64,000 bases of DNA from Clostridia bacterium (GCA_017621705.1 JAGASR010000035.1:49549-113548); one strand, 5' to 3'; positions 16,846 to 27,517 are shown, counted from the first letter of the stretch. Notes: generated by a model not told the origin, from the sequence alone. Numbers and translations are program-made.

Positions 16846-17073
16846 TTACGCGTTTTCTTCGATATAATCGCAAACATCGCCGACGGTCTTCATTTCCTGA
16901 GCAACATCGTCGGGAATGGTGAGGTTGTACTGTTCTTCGAGCATCATGAGCATATCAACGATATCGAGGGAGTCAGCACCGAGGTCATCGATTATATTGG
17001 TTTCTCTTGTAACTTCTTCAACGGGCATCTCAAATTTTTCGGAGATCATTGCCGCTACTTTTTCAAAATACAT
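16846..17073 (-). CDS. acpP: acyl carrier protein
   Basis: 75 aa with the phosphopantetheine site DLGADSLDIVDM. Confidence 0.85.
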   Translation of the reverse strand: MYFEKVAAMISEKFEMPVEEVTRETNIIDDLGADSLDIVDMLMMLEEQYNLTIPDDVAQEMKTVGDVCDYIEENA

Positions 17074-17201
17074 ATTATTTTCTCCTTTAACAGAAATTCG
17101 GATCGGACGTCCGAAGACAGCCGTACCGTAAAACTATGATATACTTAATTATAAATCATTTATACGGTGTTTGTCAAGTACCGATTAATATTTTTATTCT
17201 T

Positions 17202-18179
17202 TTACGGGCCTACGATCATGGGATTACTGAGATAGAAGAACAAGATCGTGAAGATCGAGCCGAAAAAGAAGATCCAGAAAGCGAACGAAGTGAAAAGTCC
17301 TTTTACGGATTCTTTTGCGGAAAGACGGAGATACTCATCATCGTCATCCCTCGGCGCGGGATAGACCGTTCTTATGCCGTAACGTAAAATGAGAATAACA
17401 CCGGAAATTACCGCAACAGCAAGGCATGCAATGCAGATAACGGTCATATACGGGGCGAGAGATTCACCGTAAAGATAAAGAGAATATATCGCAAGATCAC
17501 GGACGAGCGCTGCGGTGAAAGTGACATACAGCGAAGAGGTCTTCATATAAAGCCATGAAAGAATTATGCCCGAAATGAGAATATACGGCATTTTAACGAG
17601 TGAGCCGGAAAAGCCCATTGCGATAACTGCGGCAAGAAGAAGACCGAGACCTGTGTTTGCTCTGCGGAAGCGTTCGGTGATGATTCCGCGGAATACGATC
17701 TCTCCCGAAGCCGCGGAAAGAAGCGAAACCAATATCATGCTTACGAGATTTGAGGGAAGCGAATCGAAATCATAAGGCAGATGTTCGTGCAGGACGTAGC
17801 CGAATTTTCCGAGAAGACCGAAAAGTTTGTCCGACAAAACGACCGTCGGAACTGAAATACCGACGACACAAAGCGTTCCGAAAACAAAGAAAAGCGGACT
17901 TTTTCTCTTCGGAATAAACATATTGGAAAACGATATATCGCTCTTTTTTGCATATATCGCAAACGGACCGACCAAGGCCGCCGCAAGGATAAATGCGCGG
18001 AGAAGATTATCCCCGAGATCGCTCGAATTGGGGCTCATAACGGCGTAGATCTTATCCGCCAAAGCCTCACCGAGGAAATTTAAAACAAAAACGATGCAGG
18101 TGCAAACAAAAAGAGCGTTAAAAAGAACATACAGAAATTCTTTTCTTTTTTCTTCTTCAAAAGTAAGATTTTTTTTCAT
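17202..18179 (-). CDS. CPBP (CAAX/Abi) family intramembrane metalloprotease
   Basis: Polytopic membrane protein with the SGEIVFRGII motif (ExxxR-type motif 1). Confidence 0.65.
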   Translation of the reverse strand: MKKNLTFEEEKRKEFLYVLFNALFVCTCIVFVLNFLGEALADKIYAVMSPNSSDLGDNLLRAFILAAALVGPFAIYAKKSDISFSNMFIPKRKSPLFFVFGTLCVVGISVPTVVLSDKLFGLLGKFGYVLHEHLPYDFDSLPSNLVSMILVSLLSAASGEIVFRGIITERFRRANTGLGLLLAAVIAMGFSGSLVKMPYILISGIILSWLYMKTSSLYVTFTAALVRDLAIYSLYLYGESLAPYMTVICIACLAVAVISGVILILRYGIRTVYPAPRDDDDEYLRLSAKESVKGLFTSFAFWIFFFGSIFTILFFYLSNPMIVGP

Positions 18180-18197
18180 TCGGAACCTCGTTAATAA

Positions 18198-19073
18198 TTA
18201 TTTGCCTAAAAAGAAGAGAGCTACCGTGCCCGGACCGCAATGAGAAGAAAGAACGGGACTGATATAGTTAAAAATACATTCGGTAATTCCAGTCGCTGCG
18301 GTCACCTGCTCTGCGACATATTCGGCATCCGCAAGGCTGTCGCAATGGCTGACGGCGAATTTTTTTGTATTTTCTCTGTCCATCTGTTCGATCATGGTAG
18401 CGACGAGTCTGTCGAGAGCCGCTTTTCTGCCTCTGATCTTGCCGCTAACGACAAGTCTGCCGTCTTCCGCATGAAGCATCGGTTTTATGCCGAGAACTCC
18501 GCCGAAGACTGCCGACATTTTCGTTATTCTGCCGCCGCGGTAAAGATGCTGAAGATCGTCAACAGTAAAAAGATATCTCATTTTAGGCGCCTTTTCGCGA
18601 AGTATCTCGGCAACCTCAGATGCAGGCTTGCCCTCTTTACGAAGCTCGCAGGCGATATCTGCACAAAGGCCCTGACCGAGAGAGCCGCCGTAGGAGTCGA
18701 TTATATAAATTTCAGCAGACGGAACTTCGTCTTTTAACATATCTGCGGCGATGCAGAAGCTGTTATAAGTTCCGCTGAGCCCGGAAGAAAGGGTAAAATG
18801 GATGAGTGGTCTGCCGTTAACGAAATGCTTTTTGAGAAATTCGTATGCGGAATCGGGGTTGATCTGGGAAGTTTTTGTCATACGGCCGCCGCGGAGCTGT
18901 TCAAAAAACACTTCCGCAGGTTCGGTGGGATTTTCATCCGTGCCGTATTCGATACCGTCGGCAAAATATGTAAGCTGTGCGACAGCAATATCGTTTTCAC
19001 GAAGATAATCTTCGGGAAGATCTGCGCAGGAGTCTACTGTTATGGTAAAAAGAGTTTCGGTGAGCATAGTCAT
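18198..19073 (-). CDS. DegV family fatty-acid-binding protein
   Basis: DegV pattern: ITVDSCADLP, TSQINP and SSGLSGTYNS. ATG 19073 lies 7 nt after AAGGA. Confidence 0.85.
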   Translation of the reverse strand: MTMLTETLFTITVDSCADLPEDYLRENDIAVAQLTYFADGIEYGTDENPTEPAEVFFEQLRGGRMTKTSQINPDSAYEFLKKHFVNGRPLIHFTLSSGLSGTYNSFCIAADMLKDEVPSAEIYIIDSYGGSLGQGLCADIACELRKEGKPASEVAEILREKAPKMRYLFTVDDLQHLYRGGRITKMSAVFGGVLGIKPMLHAEDGRLVVSGKIRGRKAALDRLVATMIEQMDRENTKKFAVSHCDSLADAEYVAEQVTAATGITECIFNYISPVLSSHCGPGTVALFFLGK

Positions 19074-19112
19074 CAAAATATCCTTATCTTAAAATTTTTA
19101 TGTTGTTATAAA

Positions 19113-19598
19113 TTAAAACTGAGTAAGTTCGCCCTCGAGTTGAAGATCAAAAAAAGAGTTCTGGCGAAGCGCCTCATAAAGAACGATCGCAACGGAATTC
19201 GAAAGATTTAGGCTTCGAAGAGAAGTGCGCATGGGAATACGAATCGATCTGTCGTAATTATCGTGAAGAAGCGTTTCGGGTAGCCCTTTCGTTTCTTTGC
19301 CGAATACGAAAAACGCATCTTCGGGGTATTCAATATCGCTGTAGGTATGCGCGGCTTTTGTCGATGCGAAATAAAGCGGCTTACCCTTTGCGTATTCTAA
19401 AAAATCGGAGAGAGATTCATGGATATGAAGGTCGAGTTCGCTCCAGTAATCAAGCCCCGCGCGCTTTAATTTTGAATCGTCTATTGTAAATCCGAGAGGC
19501 TTTACAAGATGAAGAGCCGCACCGGTGCAGGCGCAGGTTCTGGAAATATTGCCCGTATTCTGCGGAATTTCGGGCTCGACAAGAACTATGGAAAACAT
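19113..19598 (-). CDS. trmL: tRNA (cytidine/uridine-34 2'-O)-methyltransferase
   Basis: SpoU/TrmL pattern: VLVEPEIPQNTGNISRTCA and LNLSNSVAIVLYE. Confidence 0.85.
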   Translation of the reverse strand: MFSIVLVEPEIPQNTGNISRTCACTGAALHLVKPLGFTIDDSKLKRAGLDYWSELDLHIHESLSDFLEYAKGKPLYFASTKAAHTYSDIEYPEDAFFVFGKETKGLPETLLHDNYDRSIRIPMRTSLRSLNLSNSVAIVLYEALRQNSFFDLQLEGELTQF

Positions 19599-19609
19599 TT
19601 ATTTACCTC

Positions 19610-19966
19610 TTAATATATGCGTTCAAAACTTAAAAATCTCGTTCCCTGAAAAGAGAGTTTGCCTTTATCTCCCTCGACGAGCATACCGTATTCCGAAGAC
19701 GGAACTGCAAGTTCGAGTCTGTCGCCGCTTTCGAACTGGAAAGTCGCATAATACGTCGTGCTGACGTGCATATTGTTATTCCCGTGATGACGGTGCATCT
19801 GACCTCTCTTTGTTACAACAGTCGCATCGACGGTGAGCTTCGGCGAATGATTGTTTTTATTCCACTGACTGATATTTTTAACGATGATAAAAACAAAAAG
19901 AAAAATAAAGATCAGAAAAAATATCCCGAAAAACACAGGGAAAATATCAAACATAAACATACCCAT
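19610..19966 (-). CDS. DUF2500-like single-pass membrane protein
   Basis: N-terminal TM segment followed by YYATFQFESGDRLEL and a GTRFLSFER-type beta domain. Confidence 0.6.
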   Translation of the reverse strand: MGMFMFDIFPVFFGIFFLIFIFLFVFIIVKNISQWNKNNHSPKLTVDATVVTKRGQMHRHHGNNNMHVSTTYYATFQFESGDRLELAVPSSEYGMLVEGDKGKLSFQGTRFLSFERIY

Positions 19967-19986
19967 TCAAGTAACCTCCGTTATCA

Positions 19987-20928
19987 TCATATCTCGGCTT
20001 TGAGAATAAGCTCTTTTCTTTCTTTTTCGCAAAGGTCGATCTGCCTTTCGGTAGATTCAAGCATCGTTTCAAGCTTGCCGAGGACACGGTTTATCTGATT
20101 ATGAATATCTTTTACGCTGTCGAGAGATTCCCTTATCGTATCGAGTACCGAAAGATCCATAAAAAGACCGTCAAAGAAATGGTCGGCAAATTTTGTGAAA
20201 CTGTCAAGACCGACTGAAATATCGCCCTTTATTTTAACATCTACAAGCTCTGTTTTGAATCGGCGAAGCTGTATCTGCAGAACTTCGATCTTTTCCTGTG
20301 CATCGTCAATGGCGCCGTGTTTTAATACGTCTGCAATAAGGCCTCCGCCAAAGACATCCCACGTTCCGTAGCCTTCGGCATCTTCCATGCTCGAAATAAT
20401 GGAATTTGCAGTCGCAAGCGCAGTCTTTCCTGCAGAGATCGCTTCATCTATCTCCTTTTTTCTGCTCTGCATAGAGGAAATCAGCTCTTCGCATTTAAGA
20501 ACTTCGCTTGCAGTCTCGTTTTCGGAAGAGGTTAAGACCGCAGCCTTTTCGGTAAGGAGCGCATCATACTGTTTTTCGCAACCGTGAAGGGAAGAAAGCT
20601 CGTCTTTATATTTCCATATATCGTCTTTGACGGCTTCGAGCTCACGAACGGCGGCATCGTATTTTACAGCGGCGGAGTATGCTTCTTCACGCTCTTTATC
20701 GAGCTTTTCGTTCTTTTTGCCGATAACTGCATAAAAAAAAGCCGCAAGGGATCTGCTCTCGAGAAGATCGACATCATCCTGCTCATCTTTTTTCACAAGA
20801 CCGAGAGCATGCACCTTACGTTCAAGCATTTCACGCTCGGATGTAAGATGATCGATCATATTCTCAAGTTGTTTTTTTCTTGATATTTTTGCAGACAGTT
20901 CTGCTAAACGATCGTTAAATAAAGTCAT
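19987..20928 (-). CDS. coiled-coil protein, unknown function
   Basis: 313 aa, heptad-rich with a high E/K/L content. No catalytic motif recognised. Confidence 0.6.
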   Translation of the reverse strand: MTLFNDRLAELSAKISRKKQLENMIDHLTSEREMLERKVHALGLVKKDEQDDVDLLESRSLAAFFYAVIGKKNEKLDKEREEAYSAAVKYDAAVRELEAVKDDIWKYKDELSSLHGCEKQYDALLTEKAAVLTSSENETASEVLKCEELISSMQSRKKEIDEAISAGKTALATANSIISSMEDAEGYGTWDVFGGGLIADVLKHGAIDDAQEKIEVLQIQLRRFKTELVDVKIKGDISVGLDSFTKFADHFFDGLFMDLSVLDTIRESLDSVKDIHNQINRVLGKLETMLESTERQIDLCEKERKELILKAEI

Positions 20929-21074
20929 TTACAGCTCCGTTAAAATTATATTATATCAGTTTAAGTATACCACGAATATCTTCGCAATTCAAGTATTTTC
21001 CGAAAAATTCATAAAAAAACGTAAAAATACTGTTTTTTCGAGCATTCGCTCCGCACTTTGTCGAACGGTTTTTC

Positions 21075-21103
21075 TTGAAAAGCGAAGCGACGTAATGTAT
21101 AAT
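21075..21103 (+). promoter_or_regulatory. promoter of the parB-like gene
   Basis: TTGAAA (21075-21080), 17 nt, TATAAT (21098-21103). Confidence 0.65.
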
Positions 21104-21147
21104 AAAATCACACCAAACAACAAACACAAAACGAAAGGAAGTTAAAA

Positions 21148-21954
21148 ATGAACGATATTGTAACCCGAAATATCGGACGTCTGAGGGAAATACCGATAGA
21201 TTTTATCGAGAAAACGGAAAATCAGCCGCGAATACATTTTGCGGAAAAAGAAATGGACGAGCTTTGCCGAAGCATAAAGGAGATCGGCATTATTCAGCCT
21301 TTGACGGTAAGGTACTGCGGAGGCGGCGCTTATGAACTGCTTGCAGGCGAACGGAGGTTCCGTGCGGCAAAGATGATCGGGCTTTCGAGCGTTCCGTGCA
21401 TAATAACGGATGCGGACGACGAAAGTTCCGCAATCATAACGCTCGTTGAAAACCTGCAGAGAAAAGACCTTGATTTTTTCGAAGAGGCTTCGGGAATAGC
21501 GTTGCTGATAAATAAACTCGGGATAACGCAGGAGCAGGCGGCGCAGAAGATCGGAAAAAGTCAGTCTGCAGTCGCAAATAAATTACGGCTTTTACGGCTG
21601 CCGAAAACCGTTCGCGAAAAGATAACGGAATACGGACTTTCGGAGCGTCACGCAAGGGCGGTGCTTTCTCTTCCCGATGAAAAAACGATGCTTGATGCGC
21701 TGAAAGCGGCAAAAGAAAAGCAGATCGGCGCAGACGAGTTCGAAAAAGCGATCGCAAACTGGGTCCCGGGAGAAAAGAGCAAAAAGAAAAAGCCCTCCGT
21801 CACAGGTTTTTGCCGTGACATCAGGCTTTATGTCAATACGATATCGAAGACCGTCAAATTAATGAAGTCTTCGGGGATCAACGCTTCCCTCGAAAAAGAA
21901 GAGGGAGACGGAAGTATCGTTTACACGATAACAATTAAAGAAGTTTCTCCATGA
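21148..21954 (+). CDS. ParB/Spo0J/Noc family DNA-binding protein
   Basis: ParB box LLAGERRFRAAK and the HTH region QSAVANKLRLLRLP. No parA gene is adjacent. Confidence 0.8.
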   Translation: MNDIVTRNIGRLREIPIDFIEKTENQPRIHFAEKEMDELCRSIKEIGIIQPLTVRYCGGGAYELLAGERRFRAAKMIGLSSVPCIITDADDESSAIITLVENLQRKDLDFFEEASGIALLINKLGITQEQAAQKIGKSQSAVANKLRLLRLPKTVREKITEYGLSERHARAVLSLPDEKTMLDALKAAKEKQIGADEFEKAIANWVPGEKSKKKKPSVTGFCRDIRLYVNTISKTVKLMKSSGINASLEKEEGDGSIVYTITIKEVSP

Positions 21955-23812
21955 GTTTTCCGCTTGTTTCGACGAACTCGGAAAGTTCTGCGGCGGAGAG
22001 TTTACGCTGACCGAGAAGTGCGAGGGTATAGATATGCTTCGAGAGCTGTTTTGCGAGGTCTTCGTCAGCAGAGGAGAGCTTTTTGATGAGAGCGCTGTTG
22101 GAGTTGAGAATGAGAGTTGCTTCCTGCGGCATGGAGTACGCACTTACGTCTTCGCCGGAAAGTCTGTAAAGATGCATCATTTCTTCAAAACGGCGGCTCT
22201 GTTCGGAAATATTGAGAAGAGCGGGGATCTTTTCGTCTGCGAGCGGAGAGATCTCCACTTTCATTTTATCGTTGCCGGAAGCTTCGATGAAAAGTTTTTC
22301 GAGAGCTTCATTTTTATCGGCATCGCCTTCGCCCTTGAGAGCGCTTGCGTCGGCATCAACACGCATGAATTTGGTATTTTCAAAGCCCTGTTCGATAGAG
22401 GTGATGAACTGGGAATCCATAACGTGTTCGAGAACTACGGTCGGAATTCCGCGAGCTTTGAAGAGGTTGACGTAAACTGCCTGCTGAACGGGGTCGTTGG
22501 TGTAGTAAATAACTTTTTCGGTCTTATCTTTGTTTGCATTTTCGTTATATTCTGCAACGGAAAGATATTCGCCGTCGGTCGTCTTGAAAATAAGAGAATC
22601 CTTTACTTTATCGAAGAATTTCTTATCGCGGATGCATGCGTATTCGACGAAAGTCTTGATATCGCTCCAGCATTTTTCGTAATTTTCACGTTCTACGTTA
22701 AACAGGCTGTTGAGCTTATCGCAAACTTTCTTTACAATATGGTTTGCGATCTTTTCAACATATGCGGAACCCTGAAGATAGCTTCTGGAAACGTTAAGGG
22801 GAAGTTCGGGACAGTCAAGAACGCCCTTGAGCATGAGAAGATAATCGGGAAGAACTTCTTTGATATTATCTGCAACGAAAACGCGGTTGTAGAAAAGTTT
22901 TACCTGACCTTCGAGGCTCTCATATTCGTTCTTGAGGCGCGGGAAATAAAGAATACCCTTGAAATTGAGCGGATAATCGGCATTGATATGAATATAGAAA
23001 AGAGGATCATTCCAGTCATAGAAGACTTTTTTATAGAACTCTTTATATTCTTCGTCAGTGCACTGAGAGGGATTTTTCTGCCAGAGGGGTTCGGTATCGT
23101 TTATGGGTTTACGTTCGTCCATAACTTCGATCTCGTTGCCCTGAGCATCGGTCTCTTTATGTTTGGGAAGCTCTTCGCCTACGACTTCGAGATAGATCGG
23201 GAACTGCATAAATGAGCAGTATTTGCCGAGGATCTCTGCGATCTTACTCTTTTCGAGGTATTCGAGTTCGCTTTCGGAAACGCACATTGTGATTTCCGTA
23301 CCTCTGGAAGTTCTGTCGCCCTGAACCATTTCGTATTCGCCGTCATCGGTGCAGGTCCAGAAAACAGCGGGAGCATCGGTATAAGATTTGGTGGAGATAT
23401 TGACACGTTCAGCCACCATAAAAGAAGAATAGAAACCGAGGCCGAAATGACCGATTATGCCGTCGGGTCCCTTTGCGTCTTCGGCATCGCTGTCGTATTT
23501 CTGAATGAAATCGAGAGCACCGGAAAGAGCGATCTGATTGATATATTTTTTGACTTCATCTTCGGTCATGCCGATACCGTTATCGGAGACGGAGAGAGTC
23601 TTTTTTTCTTTATCGATAACTACCCAGATGCTGTAGTTGTCGTCGATATTTTTTGCCTCGCCGATAGCGGAGAGGTGTCTGAGTTTCATAATGGCATCGG
23701 ATGCGTTGGAGACGAGCTCACGGAGAAAAATATCTTTATCGGAATAAAGCCATTTTTTGATAACCGGGAAAATATGCTCGGTCTGGACGCTGATGCCGCC
23801 TTTTTCTGCCAT
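21935..23812 (-). CDS. htpG: molecular chaperone HtpG (Hsp90)
   Basis: ELVSNASDA, VSDNGIGMT and GHFGLGFYS GHKL-ATPase motifs. 625 aa. Confidence 0.95.
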   Translation of the reverse strand: MAEKGGISVQTEHIFPVIKKWLYSDKDIFLRELVSNASDAIMKLRHLSAIGEAKNIDDNYSIWVVIDKEKKTLSVSDNGIGMTEDEVKKYINQIALSGALDFIQKYDSDAEDAKGPDGIIGHFGLGFYSSFMVAERVNISTKSYTDAPAVFWTCTDDGEYEMVQGDRTSRGTEITMCVSESELEYLEKSKIAEILGKYCSFMQFPIYLEVVGEELPKHKETDAQGNEIEVMDERKPINDTEPLWQKNPSQCTDEEYKEFYKKVFYDWNDPLFYIHINADYPLNFKGILYFPRLKNEYESLEGQVKLFYNRVFVADNIKEVLPDYLLMLKGVLDCPELPLNVSRSYLQGSAYVEKIANHIVKKVCDKLNSLFNVERENYEKCWSDIKTFVEYACIRDKKFFDKVKDSLIFKTTDGEYLSVAEYNENANKDKTEKVIYYTNDPVQQAVYVNLFKARGIPTVVLEHVMDSQFITSIEQGFENTKFMRVDADASALKGEGDADKNEALEKLFIEASGNDKMKVEISPLADEKIPALLNISEQSRRFEEMMHLYRLSGEDVSAYSMPQEATLILNSNSALIKKLSSADEDLAKQLSKHIYTLALLGQRKLSAAELSEFVETSGKLMEKLL

Positions 23813-23902
23813 GTAATTTAACCTCCGGGAAATAAGTTGATTATATCTGTACGCTGTTTCGGATCGGCATAACCGATCCGAATTTGCATATTTGCATTTA
23901 GA

Positions 23903-24937
23903 TTACTTTGTGTCGCCCCTGAATTCGCGAACGGTCTCGACCATCGCCATATATCCCGAAAACGGAACGTAATTCGGAATGGAGTTTCCGGAACCGATCG
24001 CAACGCCGCCCTTATCGGAACAACGGTGAAGTACATCTAGCGTATACTCACGGATCTGCTTTTCATCAAAACGGCAAAGAATATCCGTATCGACACCGCC
24101 GAAATTGCCTATGCGGTCGCCGTATCTGTCTGTCCAGACGGAGAACGGGGCTATCTGATCTTCGTTTGAATGTTTGGCGTCAATACCGCCGTCGCAGATC
24201 AGTTCGTCCATAACGGAAAAGAGATTGCCGCAGGAATGAAGAAGGAAAGGCTTGCCGTAGGAGTGAACGAGATCTGTAATCTGCCTGTACTGCGGAATGA
24301 TATATTTGCAGACATCGGTTTTTGAGAGCATTGTGTTGCTCTTGTAGCCGAGGTCGTCACCGAAACGCAGAACACAGAAAATATCACCGTACTCCTTCAT
24401 AAAGCGCTGCCATATTCTGACATTCGTCTGCCCTACCCTTTTGAAGACTTCGTCATACATTTCCGGATCGTCCGCGGACATAAAGCAGAGATTCATATAT
24501 CCGATTATATCCTGAACGCATTCGAAAATACCGTTGCCGACGCCGCCGATAGCTTTCATACCTGCAGGCATCGCTTTTCTCAGTGCTTCGAAATGAGGGG
24601 CATACGCTTTAAAAAAGTATTCGGGGATCTCGTCGAACGGATACTTCAAAAGGTCGTCCATCGTTTTTATTGAGGATTCGCAATGAGCGCCGAGGCATCC
24701 GTTTCCGGGCATTACGGATGTTATACACGCTTCGAAAGTGACCGTATCGTATCCGTTTTTACGGAAGAATTCGCAGTAACCCGAATAATATTCATCGAGA
24801 TCATCGCTGTAAAAGTGTCTACCCAATAATTCGGCCATCGTTTCGTAGCAGATGAGGTGTTCGTAAATCGGGAGACGATCGGGACGGATATTTCTCGCAG
24901 CTTTTTCGACATTTCTGTAATCGGGACAAAATTCCAT
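23903..24937 (-). CDS. uroporphyrinogen decarboxylase (URO-D) family protein
   Basis: 344 aa. The overall pattern (RPDRLPIYEH..., FGDDLGYKS, LHSCGN) resembles URO-D/MtaA-like proteins. This is a tentative family call. Confidence 0.55.
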   Translation of the reverse strand: MEFCPDYRNVEKAARNIRPDRLPIYEHLICYETMAELLGRHFYSDDLDEYYSGYCEFFRKNGYDTVTFEACITSVMPGNGCLGAHCESSIKTMDDLLKYPFDEIPEYFFKAYAPHFEALRKAMPAGMKAIGGVGNGIFECVQDIIGYMNLCFMSADDPEMYDEVFKRVGQTNVRIWQRFMKEYGDIFCVLRFGDDLGYKSNTMLSKTDVCKYIIPQYRQITDLVHSYGKPFLLHSCGNLFSVMDELICDGGIDAKHSNEDQIAPFSVWTDRYGDRIGNFGGVDTDILCRFDEKQIREYTLDVLHRCSDKGGVAIGSGNSIPNYVPFSGYMAMVETVREFRGDTK

Positions 24938-24964
24938 ATAGATCTCCTTTTTGACAGATAATTT

Positions 24965-25846
24965 TTACTGTGTATATCTGAAGCCTTTGCCTATGATCTC
25001 GCTGGTATTGGTAATAAAAATAAACGATTCGGGGTCGATCTGTCTGATATATCTGCGGAGCATTACTGCCTGCGCGGGAGTGGTTACGGTGAGGATAAGG
25101 GTTTTCGGTTCGCGCGTAAAAGCACCCTCACCGTGACAGATCGTTGCACCTTTATGAATGCTGTTTGTTATAAACTCGACGACCTCTTCGGGTTTGGACG
25201 TAATGATCGTCATATATTTATGTAAATTGATATTTTCGACTGCGGTATCGATAACGAGCGTCTTCATAACAAGACCGAGAAGCGAGAACAAACCGGCTTC
25301 GACACCGAAGAAGAACGCACCGAGTGTTATAAGTATATCGGTAAAAAGTAGTCCTTTTGTGACATTTATCGTAGTATATTTTGCAAAAATCATTGCGACA
25401 ATATCCGTACCGCCGGAAGATGCGCCGATATTGAACAAAATAGCAGTACCGACAGACGGAATAGCTACCGCAAAAATAAGTTCAAGGAACGGCTGATCGG
25501 TAAACGGTTTTGCCATCGGGAAAAAGCTCTCGAAGATTGCGGTAAAGACCGAGATCATGACGCTCGCATATATCGTCTTTGCGCCGAAACTTTTACCGAG
25601 AAATATGAATCCTACAACGATAAGAAGCATATTTACGACAAGAAGAAAAGTACCGCTTGATATATTCGGGAAGAATTTCGTTATAACAACCGAAAGACCC
25701 GAAACGCCGCCTATCGAAAAATTATTGGGAAAGCGGAAGAAATAAGAACCTGCCGCATTACCCAATGCGCCGATAGTGAGAAGCAAAAAAGTTATTAAAT
25801 TATCTTTGGTCAGTATTTTTGACACAATAGAATTTTCGTTTTTCAT
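24965..25846 (-). CDS. YitT family membrane protein (DUF2179 C-terminal domain)
   Basis: Polytopic N-terminus with GGVSGLSVV and GASSGGTDIVA, plus a soluble C-terminal domain. Confidence 0.75.
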   Translation of the reverse strand: MKNENSIVSKILTKDNLITFLLLTIGALGNAAGSYFFRFPNNFSIGGVSGLSVVITKFFPNISSGTFLLVVNMLLIVVGFIFLGKSFGAKTIYASVMISVFTAIFESFFPMAKPFTDQPFLELIFAVAIPSVGTAILFNIGASSGGTDIVAMIFAKYTTINVTKGLLFTDILITLGAFFFGVEAGLFSLLGLVMKTLVIDTAVENINLHKYMTIITSKPEEVVEFITNSIHKGATICHGEGAFTREPKTLILTVTTPAQAVMLRRYIRQIDPESFIFITNTSEIIGKGFRYTQ

Positions 25847-26034
25847 TTTATTTCTACATCATTCGGTATAATGAGAGCGCAAAGAAGATACGCCCAAAAA
25901 CCCAAAGTTCCGCAAAGAGCTGCAACCACCCAGATTATACGGATAAGGGTCGGATCGATATCGAAATATTCGCCGACACCGCCGCAAACGCCGCAGAGTT
26001 TACGGTTGACACTGCTTTTTAACAGACGTTTCAT
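25843..26034 (-). CDS. PspC domain-containing protein
   Basis: RKLCGVCGGVGEYFDIDPTLIRIIWV. 4-nt overlap with the downstream gene. Confidence 0.8.
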   Translation of the reverse strand: MKRLLKSSVNRKLCGVCGGVGEYFDIDPTLIRIIWVVAALCGTLGFWAYLLCALIIPNDVEIK

Positions 26035-26052
26035 TTTACGTATCTCCTGAAC

Positions 26053-27483
26053 TTATTCTTTGATGAAAGGGCATGCGCCTTTATAGCCCATATTGGTGGG
26101 AATATAAGTTCCGTTTGCTTTTGCATCTGCAATACGCTGTTTTGCGCGCGCCATTTCGCCGTTCTTGACCCAGAGCGGGAGCCATTCTTCGCAGGAAATG
26201 AGCATTTCGTCCGCAAGCTGATTGATCTCTGCGGTATTGAGAACTGCGCCGGTGAGAGGGTCCATCATAAGAGCCTGACGGAGAAGTTTGATATCTGCGG
26301 AAACTGCGGCTTCGACTGCAAGTCTCTGTACCCAGATGCTCTGCGAGCAGACAGCGGCACAGCCGAGGGGCAGATCGCCGTATTTCGGAACGGAAATACC
26401 GTTGATATCAGCATAACACGGAACTTCGACTATACATTCATCGGGAAGGTTCGTGATCGTTCCGTTATTCATAACATTGAAATGACCGCGGTAGCAGTGA
26501 CCGAGCTCGAGACCTTCAATGATGAAAGAGCCGTGTTCGGAGCTTCTGCTGCCGTATTTTCTCGGTTCTTCTTCGAGGAGTTTCGGGAATTCTTCGATAA
26601 ACCATTCACGGTTTTCGTGGCATACTCTGTAGTAGCCGCCCGACTCGCCGTCGATCCAGCTGCCGAGTTTGATCCAGTCTTTGATCTCATCGGGACGTTT
26701 TCTGTACCATGCAACGTATTCGGAAAGATGGCCGTTGGATTCGGTAGAATAGTAGCCGAACTGTTTGAGCATATCGATACGTACTTTTTCGGTCTGAGAC
26801 AGATTTTCGTTTTTCTCGTACGCTTCGAGGACTTTGCCCGTCATATCTTCGCCCTTATGGGAAAGTTTTACATACCATGTCTGATGATTGATGCCGACGC
26901 AGGAATAGTCAAGCTCGTTTGCGGGGATACCGAGAGCGCTTGCAATCTGCGCATGACCGCCCTGAACGCCGTGACAAAGGCCGAGGGTATAAACTCCGCC
27001 GTATTTATTTGCAGCCCAGGTAACCATGGCATTGGGGTTGCCGTAGTTGAGCATGATAGCTCCGGGTGCGGCGTATTTTTTGATATCTTCGCAGAATTCG
27101 AGAATAGCGGAAATACCGCGCTGACCGTACATTATACCGCCTGCGCAGAGAGTATCACCGACGCACTGGTCAATACCGTAAGCCATCGGGATCATAACGT
27201 CCTGCTCGAACGCTTCGAGACCGCCGATACGGGCTGTGTTGATAACATATTTTGCACCGACGAGGGATTCTTTTCTGTCGAGAGTCGATTTGATCTTGAT
27301 ATTAAGACCGTTAGCATCGATATCTCTCTGGCATACCTGCGTTACCATATCAAGATTGCGTTCATCGATATCGTGGAAAACGACATCTATATCAGAAAAT
27401 TCGGGAACAGCTAAAAGGTCGGCCAGAAGGGTTCTTGTAAAAGTAAGACTGCCGGCACCGATAAATGTTATACGAAAACTCAT
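26053..27483 (-). CDS. GH4 family glycosidase, second paralog
   Basis: RITFIGAGSLTFTR, NYGNPNAM and GLCHGVQG motifs. Confidence 0.85.
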   Translation of the reverse strand: MSFRITFIGAGSLTFTRTLLADLLAVPEFSDIDVVFHDIDERNLDMVTQVCQRDIDANGLNIKIKSTLDRKESLVGAKYVINTARIGGLEAFEQDVMIPMAYGIDQCVGDTLCAGGIMYGQRGISAILEFCEDIKKYAAPGAIMLNYGNPNAMVTWAANKYGGVYTLGLCHGVQGGHAQIASALGIPANELDYSCVGINHQTWYVKLSHKGEDMTGKVLEAYEKNENLSQTEKVRIDMLKQFGYYSTESNGHLSEYVAWYRKRPDEIKDWIKLGSWIDGESGGYYRVCHENREWFIEEFPKLLEEEPRKYGSRSSEHGSFIIEGLELGHCYRGHFNVMNNGTITNLPDECIVEVPCYADINGISVPKYGDLPLGCAAVCSQSIWVQRLAVEAAVSADIKLLRQALMMDPLTGAVLNTAEINQLADEMLISCEEWLPLWVKNGEMARAKQRIADAKANGTYIPTNMGYKGACPFIKE

Positions 27484-27517
27484 GGATTTATCCTCTTTTC
27501 TTTACAATAAAATATGT

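Noticed and set aside
23882-23897. A tandem ATTTGCAT ATTTGCAT repeat lies between the URO-D-family gene and htpG, next to a hairpin at 23858-23882.
   Set aside because: There are only two 8-nt units in AT-rich intergenic DNA. It does not resemble CIRCE or any other heat-shock operator I know, and there is no supporting second copy in the window.
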